A DNA stretch of 61,499 bases from an uncultured Thermoplasmatales archaeon (lineage in GTDB: Archaea > Thermoplasmatota > E2 > DHVEG-1): contig CAZVKY010000001.1 of NCBI GenBank assembly GCA_964627915.1, positions 6,966 through 68,464 on the forward strand, written 5' to 3'. Below are positions 19,277-28,093 of the stretch, piece after piece. The notes under the pieces were generated by a model. It did no database searches and was not told where the DNA came from. It saw nothing but the letters and a program-made list of their open reading frames with translations. A program made the translations under genes and the position numbers. How positions within the stretch are numbered: the first letter of the stretch is position 1; each line of letters starts with the position of its first letter.

Positions 19277-20584
19277 TTAATCTATATCCATTTTATACAT
19301 TACTAAGCCGGAAAGCATTTTTGGAAGAAAATAGGTTGATTTCTGTGGCATGTGTTCCCCAGCTTCAGCGATATCTTTTAATTCATCGATTTTTGTTGCA
19401 TTCATTAAAAACGAGAAATCATAGTTTCCTTCATCAACAGAGCGCAATGCTTCTTCATCATCTCTGGTGTATTTTACATGATCTTCTAATGATTCATTGG
19501 TGATTCCAAGAATGTTTTCAATGATGATTTTATGAAGAATTGATACGTCGAGAGTACGCCATGTTTTTGATCGATGATGAGCTAGTTCATCCATAATTGT
19601 TTCATCTTTTAATCGCAGAACGTAAAACATATCCTTAAAATAAAGCACAAAGCTATGTTCATTTGTTGTTTCCAGCTGGTTTTTTATGCTATTGGTAAGA
19701 CTAAAGTAACTTTCTGCTGGTTTGCGTTTATGTTCTTTGATGTCAAAATAAGTGCTTAGCTCTTTGAGGAATCGTTCTCGTTCTAGTTTTTCCATATGCA
19801 TGAGACGATGGGTGGGAAGAATGGCTAATCCTTCATCAAACATGTTAGCTAAAATCACTAATCGATAATTAAACGGTGCCTCATCTGAAGGATTCTGTGT
19901 TTTCATTTCTTCAGCAAAATTGAGGGCGGTTTGATATCGGTGGTGGCCATCAGCGATAAATAAATTTTCATCCTGTAGTTTTTCCTGTATCTTTGAAATA
20001 ACTGTTTTATCTTTAAGTCGCCATATAGAGTGAGTGAACTGATCATATCCAGTGACCTGGATGTAAGGGTCTTCTGTAAGCGTTTTTTCTATAGTGTTCT
20101 GTATGCTATCTTCTTCATCTATGTAGAGAAGTTGTATTGGTTCAAGATTTGCATGGCATGCTCTCATCAGGTTCAATCGATCTGCTTTCGGTTTGGACAA
20201 TGTTTTTTCATGAGCTTTTACTTTTTCATAGGTGGGATCAAGTTTCAAAAGAACGAAAAACCCACTCATTGTTTTTTGTTGTTCCTCAATCTTATATTGG
20301 ATTTTATAGGGGAAAATTGCAGGTTCTTTTGAGGGAATGATAATTGATTCTTGTAACCATTTTTCAAATGCTTCTTTTGCTCTAGTATAACGATTGTTAC
20401 CCTCGGTATCATCATCGTTTTGTTTTCCAAGGATAAGACGAACAAAGTTATAGGGGCTTTTTTCATAAAGACTATTCTGCATGTCTGGAGAAATAATATC
20501 ATATGGGGGGGACATTACTTCATCTAAAGAATCAAATTTTTCTGCATTGTAGGTTATGCCTTTGAGTGGCTTGACTTGAACCAT
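19277..20584 (-). CDS. DUF1015-family protein
   Basis: MVQVKPLKGITYN...MSPPYDIISP...IADGHHRYQTAL pattern characteristic of DUF1015. Confidence 0.75.
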   Translation of the reverse strand: MVQVKPLKGITYNAEKFDSLDEVMSPPYDIISPDMQNSLYEKSPYNFVRLILGKQNDDDTEGNNRYTRAKEAFEKWLQESIIIPSKEPAIFPYKIQYKIEEQQKTMSGFFVLLKLDPTYEKVKAHEKTLSKPKADRLNLMRACHANLEPIQLLYIDEEDSIQNTIEKTLTEDPYIQVTGYDQFTHSIWRLKDKTVISKIQEKLQDENLFIADGHHRYQTALNFAEEMKTQNPSDEAPFNYRLVILANMFDEGLAILPTHRLMHMEKLERERFLKELSTYFDIKEHKRKPAESYFSLTNSIKNQLETTNEHSFVLYFKDMFYVLRLKDETIMDELAHHRSKTWRTLDVSILHKIIIENILGITNESLEDHVKYTRDDEEALRSVDEGNYDFSFLMNATKIDELKDIAEAGEHMPQKSTYFLPKMLSGLVMYKMDID

Positions 20585-20717
20585 TGTTTCATTTCCTCCG
20601 GATAAGATTATTATTGGTATTTGAATGGGTAATAAAAATCTTGCTCCTTGCCATATGTGATTGATGTAGTTACCAATGTTTTAATACTGGATTGAAATAT
20701 GCTCGAATGAAAGAAAT

Positions 20718-21974
20718 ATGGAAACATTTGATGATGACAAACTTATCCAGCGATTCGATGTTCTTTTTCATTCGCATCCACTGTGCGATCATTGTCTTGG
20801 TCGATTTGCTGCCAAAATAGGCCATGGATTAACCAATAAGAAACGAGGAAAAATAATTAGGAAGAAACTTGCTATTGAAAAGAAAATCGATCCGTTGGAT
20901 TGCTGGCTTTGCGAGGGCCTTGTTGTAGAAATAAATCATTTTGTTAGATTGGCTGAACAAAAAAGTAGTTCATTTGAATTTGATACATTCCTAGTGGGCA
21001 CTCATATTGATGAAGATATCATCGATAAGCAGAATCAACTGCAGGAAATCACTGGTTCAGATATTGCTGAATCAATTAAAACTGATCTCAGTAGAAATAT
21101 TGGGAAGAAAATTGAGCAACATAGTGAGAAAACCGTTGATTTTCAGCATCCAGAGATCATGATTATCATTGATACCATGTTTGATGTTATCCACCTTCAG
21201 ATTAAATCATTGTATGTTTTCGGCAGATATAATAAGTTTCAACGTGGTATTCCTCAGACGAAATGGTTCTGCAGAAGTTGTAAGGGAAAAGGATGTCGAA
21301 ATTGTGATTATTCGGGAAAATTATATGAAGATAGCGTAGAGGAACTCATTGCTGGACCACTTCTTGCAGCAACGGGTGCAACAGATGAATCATTTCATGG
21401 TGCTGGACGTGAGGATATCGATGTGCGCATGCTTGGTTCAGGAAGACCTTTTGTCATAGAGTTAAAAAATCCTCAAAAAAGAAACATTGAATATCATGAA
21501 CTGACACATCAAATTAATGAGACTAATGAGAATAAAATCGGGGTAAATGATCTTCGATGTGCTGATAAACGAGAGGTTGCTGCAATTAAACAAGGTCATT
21601 ATCCTAAAGTATATCAGGTTCAGATTGCAGGTGAAAAACCATTTGTGAAAGAAAAACTTAAAAAGGTAGCGCTGTCATTACGGGGTAAAACAATACAACA
21701 ATTTACCCCAACACGTGTAGCTCGGCGTCGTGCACTGAAAACGAGACAACGTCAGATATATGCTTGTGAAGTTAAACTAATAGATGAAGCTATGGCAATC
21801 TTTGTTATTGAAGCAGAGGCTGGAACGTATATAAAGGAATTGGTAACTGGTGATGAAGGCAATACCAATCCTAATATAAGTGACCTCTTGCAAAACAAGT
21901 GTACGGTTGTTGCTTTGGACGTCATAAAAATAAAAGGGGATGAGAAGACATGGTTAAACGATCAAAAGGATTAA
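20718..21974 (+). CDS. pus10: tRNA pseudouridine(54/55) synthase Pus10
   Basis: N-terminal Zn-ribbon cysteines (CDHCLGR, CWLCEG), THUMP-like middle, catalytic GREDIDVRMLGSGRPFVIE. Confidence 0.8.
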   Translation: METFDDDKLIQRFDVLFHSHPLCDHCLGRFAAKIGHGLTNKKRGKIIRKKLAIEKKIDPLDCWLCEGLVVEINHFVRLAEQKSSSFEFDTFLVGTHIDEDIIDKQNQLQEITGSDIAESIKTDLSRNIGKKIEQHSEKTVDFQHPEIMIIIDTMFDVIHLQIKSLYVFGRYNKFQRGIPQTKWFCRSCKGKGCRNCDYSGKLYEDSVEELIAGPLLAATGATDESFHGAGREDIDVRMLGSGRPFVIELKNPQKRNIEYHELTHQINETNENKIGVNDLRCADKREVAAIKQGHYPKVYQVQIAGEKPFVKEKLKKVALSLRGKTIQQFTPTRVARRRALKTRQRQIYACEVKLIDEAMAIFVIEAEAGTYIKELVTGDEGNTNPNISDLLQNKCTVVALDVIKIKGDEKTWLNDQKD

Positions 21975-22240
21975 GAAGCAAAAGTAGACAGATATTACGG
22001 AAGATCCCTCGTTCACGAGGTTTTTCCTCAATTAGTAGATCATTACATCAGTTTGATGTTGGTGAATCAGTAAACATTGTTATTGATCCTTCAACACATA
22101 AAGGGATGCCTCATATTCGATTTCATGGTTATACCGGTCGGATTGCAGGAAGACAAGGAAAAGCATATCTTGTTACTATAACAGTTGGAAAAAAACGCAA
22201 AACATTAGTTATCAGACCAGAACATTTGCGGAGCGGATAA
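21950..22240 (+). CDS. rpl21e: 50S ribosomal protein eL21
   Basis: MVKRSKGLRSKSRQILRK...FHGYTGRIAG. Start overlaps the pus10 3' end by 25 nt. Confidence 0.9.
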   Translation: MVKRSKGLRSKSRQILRKIPRSRGFSSISRSLHQFDVGESVNIVIDPSTHKGMPHIRFHGYTGRIAGRQGKAYLVTITVGKKRKTLVIRPEHLRSG

Positions 22241-22243
22241 GTC

Positions 22244-22582
22244 ATGAGTGCTGAGGATGATGCAAAATTGGTTTCCCTTGCGGAAGTGAAAAATATTTTA
22301 AAGAAAGTTGAAAAAAACCGTAAGGATCTCCTTTATGAACAACGTATCGCCTTGGAACATGCTCAAATGTTTGCAAAATTACCCGCTAATAAAACTAAAG
22401 AATTAATTGATGAATTAATGGATATTGAACCGATTAGAGAAGTTCATGCCTATAAAATCGCTGATATTCTTCCCACCACTGAAGATGATGTGAAAACCAT
22501 TTTTGCTAAAGAACGGGTCTCATTGAAAGAAGAAGAGATGAAAAAAATCGTTAAAACAGTTCACAAATATTATATTGAATGA
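22244..22582 (+). CDS. rpoF: DNA-directed RNA polymerase subunit F (Rpo4)
   Basis: 112 aa, SLAEVKNILKK...LYEQRIALEHAQMF...AYKIADILP pattern. Sits in the conserved archaeal L21e-RpoF-DUF655-KsgA order. Confidence 0.75.
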   Translation: MSAEDDAKLVSLAEVKNILKKVEKNRKDLLYEQRIALEHAQMFAKLPANKTKELIDELMDIEPIREVHAYKIADILPTTEDDVKTIFAKERVSLKEEEMKKIVKTVHKYYIE

Positions 22583-23168
22583 GAGGAGGGATGATCCGGT
22601 GGAGGAATATGTTTTTGTTTTAGATTATTTACCAAAAGGACGGGGTGATGTTCCATCTCATCGTCGCTACCCTATTGTTTATGGTATTGGTGAAAAACAA
22701 TTTACGTTACTTGAACTAGTGCCAAAGGATAATGCTCAGATTTCTATAGGTGATCGAATTTATGTGGGAAAAAATGCTAGAAAACGGGAAAAAATCAAAA
22801 AAATAAAAGGACGTACCTCTTATCAGGATTTAACTTCCACGGCTCATGGCGAGATGCCCTATGTTGTTGAGGATATCGTGAAACACAGGGAGTCTTATTT
22901 TGTGCAATTTTTTAATAATGCACCCGCGATTTCTACTCGTTATCATGTTCTTGAATTACTTCCAGGTCTTGGAAAAAAGATGATGCATGATATTCTTAAA
23001 GAGCGGAGAAAACAAAAATTTACTAGTTTTAAGAATATGATTGATCGTATTGATTTTCTACGTGATCCAGCAAAACTTGTTGCAAAACGGATTACTTTAG
23101 AACTTACTGATCCTGATCAAAAATATCGATTGTTTACAAGACCACCGATTTCAAAGGATCAATATTAA
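22575..23168 (+). CDS. DUF655-family putative RNA-binding protein
   Basis: EEYVFVLDYLPKG N-terminus typical of DUF655. No in-frame ATG, so the start is TTG 22575 or GTG 22599. Confidence 0.7.
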   Translation: MNERRDDPVEEYVFVLDYLPKGRGDVPSHRRYPIVYGIGEKQFTLLELVPKDNAQISIGDRIYVGKNARKREKIKKIKGRTSYQDLTSTAHGEMPYVVEDIVKHRESYFVQFFNNAPAISTRYHVLELLPGLGKKMMHDILKERRKQKFTSFKNMIDRIDFLRDPAKLVAKRITLELTDPDQKYRLFTRPPISKDQY

Positions 23169-23184
23169 TCTATTTTTTTGATTT

Positions 23185-23946
23185 ATGTCAAAAACAAAAC
23201 TTGGACAACATTTCTTAATTGATGCTCGTGTTGCACAACGACAGATTCAGTATGCACGGCTTTCAGACAATGATTTAGTACTGGAGGTAGGTCCAGGCAA
23301 AGGTGTTCTCACTCGTTTGCTAGCAGATAAAGCTAAACAGGTATTTGCTGTTGAAAAGGACAAAAAGTTATATCAGATGCTAAAAAAAACCATGCCTTCA
23401 AATGTTACCTTACTTCATCATGATATTTTATATATTGATGAGTGTGAGCCTGGTTTTTTTTCTTTTAATAAAGTGGTTGCAAACCTACCATATCAGATTT
23501 CATCTCCATTTACATTTTGGTTACTCACGAAATCTTTTGAAAAAGCGGTTTTGATGTATCAAAATGAATTTGCTCAACGTATGGTAGCACAAGCAGGATC
23601 AAAAACGTATTCTCGGTTATCTGTTGCGATATATTATTTTGCTCATTGTAGCATTCTTGAAACCGTTTCTAGGCATTGTTTTAATCCAGAACCAGAAGTG
23701 GATTCCTGTATTGTTGAACTTATTCCAAGGTCTCATCCTCCGTTTCAAGTCACTGATGAATCGTTTTTCTTTGATTTGGTCACACAATTATTTAATCATA
23801 GGCGGAAACAGATAAAAACCACTATTAAGCAAATCTATGATCAATCCATTGATGATTTTTCATTTGCAACAGAGAGAGTAGAACAATTGTCTCCGGAACA
23901 GCTTGGGAGATTAAGTGATTTGCTCTTCAGACGGTTATCTAGATAA
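23185..23946 (+). CDS. ksgA: 16S rRNA (adenine-N6,N6)-dimethyltransferase KsgA/Dim1
   Basis: LGQHFLID..., SAM motif LEVGPGKGVLT, NLPYQISSP. Confidence 0.9.
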   Translation: MSKTKLGQHFLIDARVAQRQIQYARLSDNDLVLEVGPGKGVLTRLLADKAKQVFAVEKDKKLYQMLKKTMPSNVTLLHHDILYIDECEPGFFSFNKVVANLPYQISSPFTFWLLTKSFEKAVLMYQNEFAQRMVAQAGSKTYSRLSVAIYYFAHCSILETVSRHCFNPEPEVDSCIVELIPRSHPPFQVTDESFFFDLVTQLFNHRRKQIKTTIKQIYDQSIDDFSFATERVEQLSPEQLGRLSDLLFRRLSR

Positions 23947-24095
23947 AAAAGCTCAAAATATTATTTTTTTAATAACACTTATTAAGAAGATTTTGATTGT
24001 TAACATTTGAATGGTTTTATTACGGCACTGTTTTCACCGTTTCCAGCCGTTTAAACCAGGAAATGGTAGATAAAAGTTCATAGGATGGTTGATCC

Positions 24096-24317
24096 ATGGG
24101 ATTATCTCTACCATTAAAAAAAATCAAAAAAAAGAGTTGGTTCTGGTTTTTTGTTTTCGCTTTTGTTTTTGTGTTATCTATTGATGTTTGGAATTGGAAT
24201 CAGACAGCGTTGATTTTATTTGGTTTTCCATTTTATATTATGAGACTTATTCTGCTTACAATGTTTTTGACACCATTGTTTTTTGTTTTTATTAGTTCTA
24301 TGTGGGGGGATCAGTAA
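24096..24317 (+). CDS. small two-TM membrane protein (DUF3311-like partner of the symporter)
   Basis: 73 aa, two hydrophobic helices. Stop TAA overlaps the symporter ATG (TAATG at 24315-24319). Confidence 0.55.
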   Translation: MGLSLPLKKIKKKSWFWFFVFAFVFVLSIDVWNWNQTALILFGFPFYIMRLILLTMFLTPLFFVFISSMWGDQ

Positions 24318-25741
24318 TGTTATTTCTATTGTTTACTGTGTGCTATTTCATTATTCTCTTATCACTTGGAATTTTAGCTCAGAAAAGAACAGCTAAGTCA
24401 CCCGAGGAATATTTTCTTGCAGGGAGAAGTTTTGGCTCAACCATCTTATTTTTTTCTTTGATTGCCACAAATTTTTCAGCATTTACCTTTCTTGGTTTTG
24501 CTGGAAAAGCATATACTTCTGGATTTGGGCAGTACGGGATTATGGCTTTTGGTACCAGTTTTATGGCGATTATGTTCTTTGTTATTGGAAGAAAGGTTTG
24601 GAAGCTGGGTAAAAACAAAGGTTATATTACTCCTGCGGAACTTGTTGGTGGACGGTTTAACAGTTGGAAATTACAGCTCCTTTTCATGAGCATTTTAGTT
24701 CTTTTTACCATTCCATATTTAGCTACTCAGGCCATTGGTGCTGGATTGTTGCTTGAATATGTGACCAATGGCATTGTGTTGTGGAAGATGGGTGCAGTAA
24801 TCACTATGGTCATCATCATGTTGTATGTGTTGTTTGGAGGGATGCGAGGATCGGGTTGGACTGATGTATTACAGGGATGTATCATGATCTTTGCATTGGT
24901 TCTTGCTGTTTTCTGGATTGCACAGGGTTTAGGTGGAGTGCAACAAGCTAATCTTTTATCTTTTCAGCAAAATCCTGATCTGTTTTCTCGACCTGGTCCA
25001 ACTGGTTTTTTTTCTCCTCAGATCTGGTTTTCATTTATGTTACTCTGGTTATTTGCTGATCCGATGTTTCCTCAGATTTTTTCAAGGTTTTACACCGCTA
25101 AGAATCAGCGATCGTTGAAACATGCGATGATTCTTTATCCACTGGTGGTATCCATCTTATTTCTGATGCCTGTTCTTGTTGGGATCTGGGCTCATGGTGC
25201 TCAAATACCTATTGCAGCAGATGAGGTTGATATGGTGTTACCGATGATGGTTCAGACTTATGCACCTTCAGCTGTCTTTTTCTTTGTGATGATTGGTGCC
25301 CTTGCGGCATTAATGTCTACCGCTGATTCTCAATTACTTTCTCTTTCTACGATGTTAGCTCGAGATATTCCTTTTAAAAAATGGAAATGGATTTCTCAGG
25401 TGGGTATTGGTCGTGTTTTTGTTGTTATTCTTTCTTTATTCGCTATGTTTTTTGTAATTGCAGGATATGATCCATCTGTTGGTATAATGTCTACCTTAGT
25501 GAGCACCACATTTTCTGGTTTAGCGGTTCTCTGCCCCGTGGTTATTGCGGTGCTATATTGGTCAAAAGTAACTGAAATTGGGTGTATACTTGCGTTGTTA
25601 AGCGGTGAATGTTCTGTCTTTGTTTTTCAACATTTTTCATTTTCACCATTGGGTTTTCTTCCCGCTTTGTGGGGTGTTAGTATTGCTACAACCGTTCTTG
25701 TTCTAACGAGTATTGTTTTAAAGTTCTATAAGAGAGAATAG
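24317..25741 (+). CDS. sodium:solute symporter family transporter
   Basis: Polytopic protein of about 474 aa, EEYFLAGRS near the N-terminus, GGMRGSGWTDVLQG motif typical of SSF transporters. Confidence 0.85.
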   Translation: MLFLLFTVCYFIILLSLGILAQKRTAKSPEEYFLAGRSFGSTILFFSLIATNFSAFTFLGFAGKAYTSGFGQYGIMAFGTSFMAIMFFVIGRKVWKLGKNKGYITPAELVGGRFNSWKLQLLFMSILVLFTIPYLATQAIGAGLLLEYVTNGIVLWKMGAVITMVIIMLYVLFGGMRGSGWTDVLQGCIMIFALVLAVFWIAQGLGGVQQANLLSFQQNPDLFSRPGPTGFFSPQIWFSFMLLWLFADPMFPQIFSRFYTAKNQRSLKHAMILYPLVVSILFLMPVLVGIWAHGAQIPIAADEVDMVLPMMVQTYAPSAVFFFVMIGALAALMSTADSQLLSLSTMLARDIPFKKWKWISQVGIGRVFVVILSLFAMFFVIAGYDPSVGIMSTLVSTTFSGLAVLCPVVIAVLYWSKVTEIGCILALLSGECSVFVFQHFSFSPLGFLPALWGVSIATTVLVLTSIVLKFYKRE

Positions 25742-25787
25742 CAGTAATGTCACTGATTTTTAAAAAGAATGAAATCCAAGAATTGAT

Positions 25788-26498
25788 TTAAGGTGTTACT
25801 ATAACAAAATAATTATCTGGTATTGTTTTTGAAATAATGAATGCTTCCTTTAAATCCTTTATCTTTAGTTTTGCTTTTTTGAGATCTGAAATGAATTCGT
25901 CTTTTGTATAGAGATGATAAAAACGGGGAACATTTAACTGATGTTGCCGCCAATACAATATGATATCTCCTTCTTCCAACATATTGTTTTGTTTTGCAGA
26001 AATTATTTTTTTCTGAAATCGTGGTTGGTTCCGAGCCCAAACACTAATAAGAGCTTTCCCTCCTTTTTTAAGGATTCTTTTTAGTTCCATTAGTGATTTG
26101 ATTCGTAATTGTTTTGTTCTAATATTGTGAAGTGCTGCAATGTAAAGAGCTGTATCAATTGAATCTGAATTAAGAGGTATATGGGTAAGACTTGCCTGAA
26201 AAAGAGTCGTATTTGTTATCTGGTTTCGATTGAGTTTTTGTCTGGTTATCGTTAAGAGTTTTCTTGAGAGATCAATTCCGATAGCTTGATTGCAATTATT
26301 TGCTAAAGGGATTAAATGTCTTCCATTTCCACATCCAAGATCCACAGCACTGGTCTGATGGTTTGTTTTTTTGATGAAATCAATACAATGCGGCCAGGTT
26401 TTATTGCGAGTGCAATCAAAGCTTTCTGCGATAGCATCCCATGTTTTTTGCTCAGTTCGAAAATCCGGTGTTTTTTGCATGTTGGTCAAAACCATCAT
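25788..26498 (-). CDS. class I SAM-dependent methyltransferase (Trm9-like by N-terminal block)
   Basis: Motif I VDLGCGNGRH. WDAIAESFDCTRNKTWP resembles, from memory, the F-x-x-TR-x-K-x-WP block of Trm9/ALKBH8-type tRNA methyltransferases. Confidence 0.7.
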   Translation of the reverse strand: MMVLTNMQKTPDFRTEQKTWDAIAESFDCTRNKTWPHCIDFIKKTNHQTSAVDLGCGNGRHLIPLANNCNQAIGIDLSRKLLTITRQKLNRNQITNTTLFQASLTHIPLNSDSIDTALYIAALHNIRTKQLRIKSLMELKRILKKGGKALISVWARNQPRFQKKIISAKQNNMLEEGDIILYWRQHQLNVPRFYHLYTKDEFISDLKKAKLKIKDLKEAFIISKTIPDNYFVIVTP

Positions 26499-26579
26499 GA
26501 TTCTATGATGTTTTATATGTTTGTAAACGAAATTAATAGAATAGTTTTTATATTGATGTGTCTACATTACTTATAGGAA

Positions 26580-28085
26580 GTGATGATCACAGTGGATAAA
26601 CGATTACTCATCCTCATTGGCTTACTCATTATCCTCATTGGATCAACAATCATTATTCTTCTTCCCTCTGATCCATCTACTATTGATACAGATAATGATG
26701 GGATTATGAATGATAAGGATGAATTTCCAAATGATTCATCTGAATGGAATGATACAGATAATGATGGTGTTGGTGATAATCAGGATAAATTCCCCTTTGA
26801 TCCCGCTGCAAGTATGGACTCTGATGATGATGGATATCCTGATAAATGGAATGAAGGAAAAGATGCAAATGATAGCACCTCAAATCCACCATTGATTAAG
26901 GATGATCTTCCCTTTGATCCAACTGAGTATCAGGATTCTGATGGTGATGGATTTGGTGATAATAGTGATGTTTTTCCTTATGATCCCTCAGAGTGGAAAG
27001 ATTCTGATGGAGATGGCATTGGTGATAATGCTGATCAAAATCCACTGGTAAATCTTTCATTGGAAATTATGATTGATAAATGTCTTTTCTCAAAGCATGT
27101 AGATATTCTTCCTTGGGCTCAAATCTATTTTGAGTTTACTGTTAATGGTGAAGAGACTATTATTTTTGATAACAATCAAAATTACTGGAGAATGTGGAAA
27201 AACCAGCAAACATCTGTTGATGTTGTTTTTCAATATGATATTCCTGATGATACAACAAGACCATTTACGGATATTGAAATTAAAATGTTTGATTATGATC
27301 TTTTTTTAGAAGATGATCTCATTGATATTAATGAAACATCTGGTGAATCCTCTGTTGTCATTCGCTTGAATCATGCAACAAATGAAATCCAAGGAACCGG
27401 TGTATCAGAAGGTGAAAAAGGAAAGATTTGGTATACCATAACAAAAGGATCTGAGGTTGAACCAACAAATATTACCATTGATAAAACATATGAATTTCGT
27501 TTTAACAATAAAAAATATGAGGTTTCATTAAACATTCCAAATCAAAAATATATGTGGTATCAGAATCGGTTAACGAATCGTAGTCCTCAGCAGTTAAATA
27601 ACAAGCAGGCGATGGCTGATTTTGTTACTAAAAATGATGTAGTGATCACTCAACTTGCAGAAAAATTAGATTCAATAGCTTTAAATGAAGGTTTCACAGA
27701 AATTCAACGGCTTAATTTTATGCTTAATTTTGTTCAGTATGTGGTTGATTATCAGGATGATAATAGTACTGCAGGTTGTGAAGAATATTGGCGGTATCCT
27801 ATTGAGACATTAGTTGAACAACGGGGTGATTGTGAGGATAGCACGTTGCTGTTTGCTTCCATCATGGAAAACGTTGATGTTGATAGTGTATTATTGTTTT
27901 ATGTGCTTGATGATACAAATGGTCATCTTGCTACAGGGATCCAGAGTGATGAAAATATTTCTGGAACAGTTATTGATTATAAACAAAAAAGTTATTATTA
28001 TTGTGAAACGACCTCAGTTGGTTTTGCTGTAGGTGAAAAACCGTCTGAAATACCTGATGATCCAGAAACAATCATCCCATTATAG
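26580..28085 (+). CDS. membrane-anchored TSP type-3 repeat protein with C-terminal transglutaminase-like core
   Basis: N-terminal TM, five DxDxDGxxDxxD calcium-binding repeats, and a C-terminal RGDCEDSTLLFASIM ... NGHLATGI ... YYCETT (Cys-His-acid arrangement). Confidence 0.75.
   Translation: MMITVDKRLLILIGLLIILIGSTIIILLPSDPSTIDTDNDGIMNDKDEFPNDSSEWNDTDNDGVGDNQDKFPFDPAASMDSDDDGYPDKWNEGKDANDSTSNPPLIKDDLPFDPTEYQDSDGDGFGDNSDVFPYDPSEWKDSDGDGIGDNADQNPLVNLSLEIMIDKCLFSKHVDILPWAQIYFEFTVNGEETIIFDNNQNYWRMWKNQQTSVDVVFQYDIPDDTTRPFTDIEIKMFDYDLFLEDDLIDINETSGESSVVIRLNHATNEIQGTGVSEGEKGKIWYTITKGSEVEPTNITIDKTYEFRFNNKKYEVSLNIPNQKYMWYQNRLTNRSPQQLNNKQAMADFVTKNDVVITQLAEKLDSIALNEGFTEIQRLNFMLNFVQYVVDYQDDNSTAGCEEYWRYPIETLVEQRGDCEDSTLLFASIMENVDVDSVLLFYVLDDTNGHLATGIQSDENISGTVIDYKQKSYYYCETTSVGFAVGEKPSEIPDDPETIIPL
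26685..27044 (+). repeat. in-frame coding repeats (5 thrombospondin type-3-like Asp-rich units)
   Basis: DTDNDGIMNDKDEFPND / DTDNDGVGDNQDKFPFD / DSDDDGYPDK / DSDGDGFGDNSDVFPYD / DSDGDGIGDNADQNP. GAT-rich DNA opens spurious ORFs on both strands. Confidence 0.8.
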
Positions 28086-28093
28086 ATATTTTT

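Noticed and set aside
26685-27044. GAT-rich periodic DNA with ORFs open on both strands. It looked like a tandem repeat or array.
   Set aside because: The periodicity comes from in-frame thrombospondin type-3 Asp-rich repeats of a single + strand gene. There are no spacer/repeat structure, so it is not a CRISPR array or satellite.
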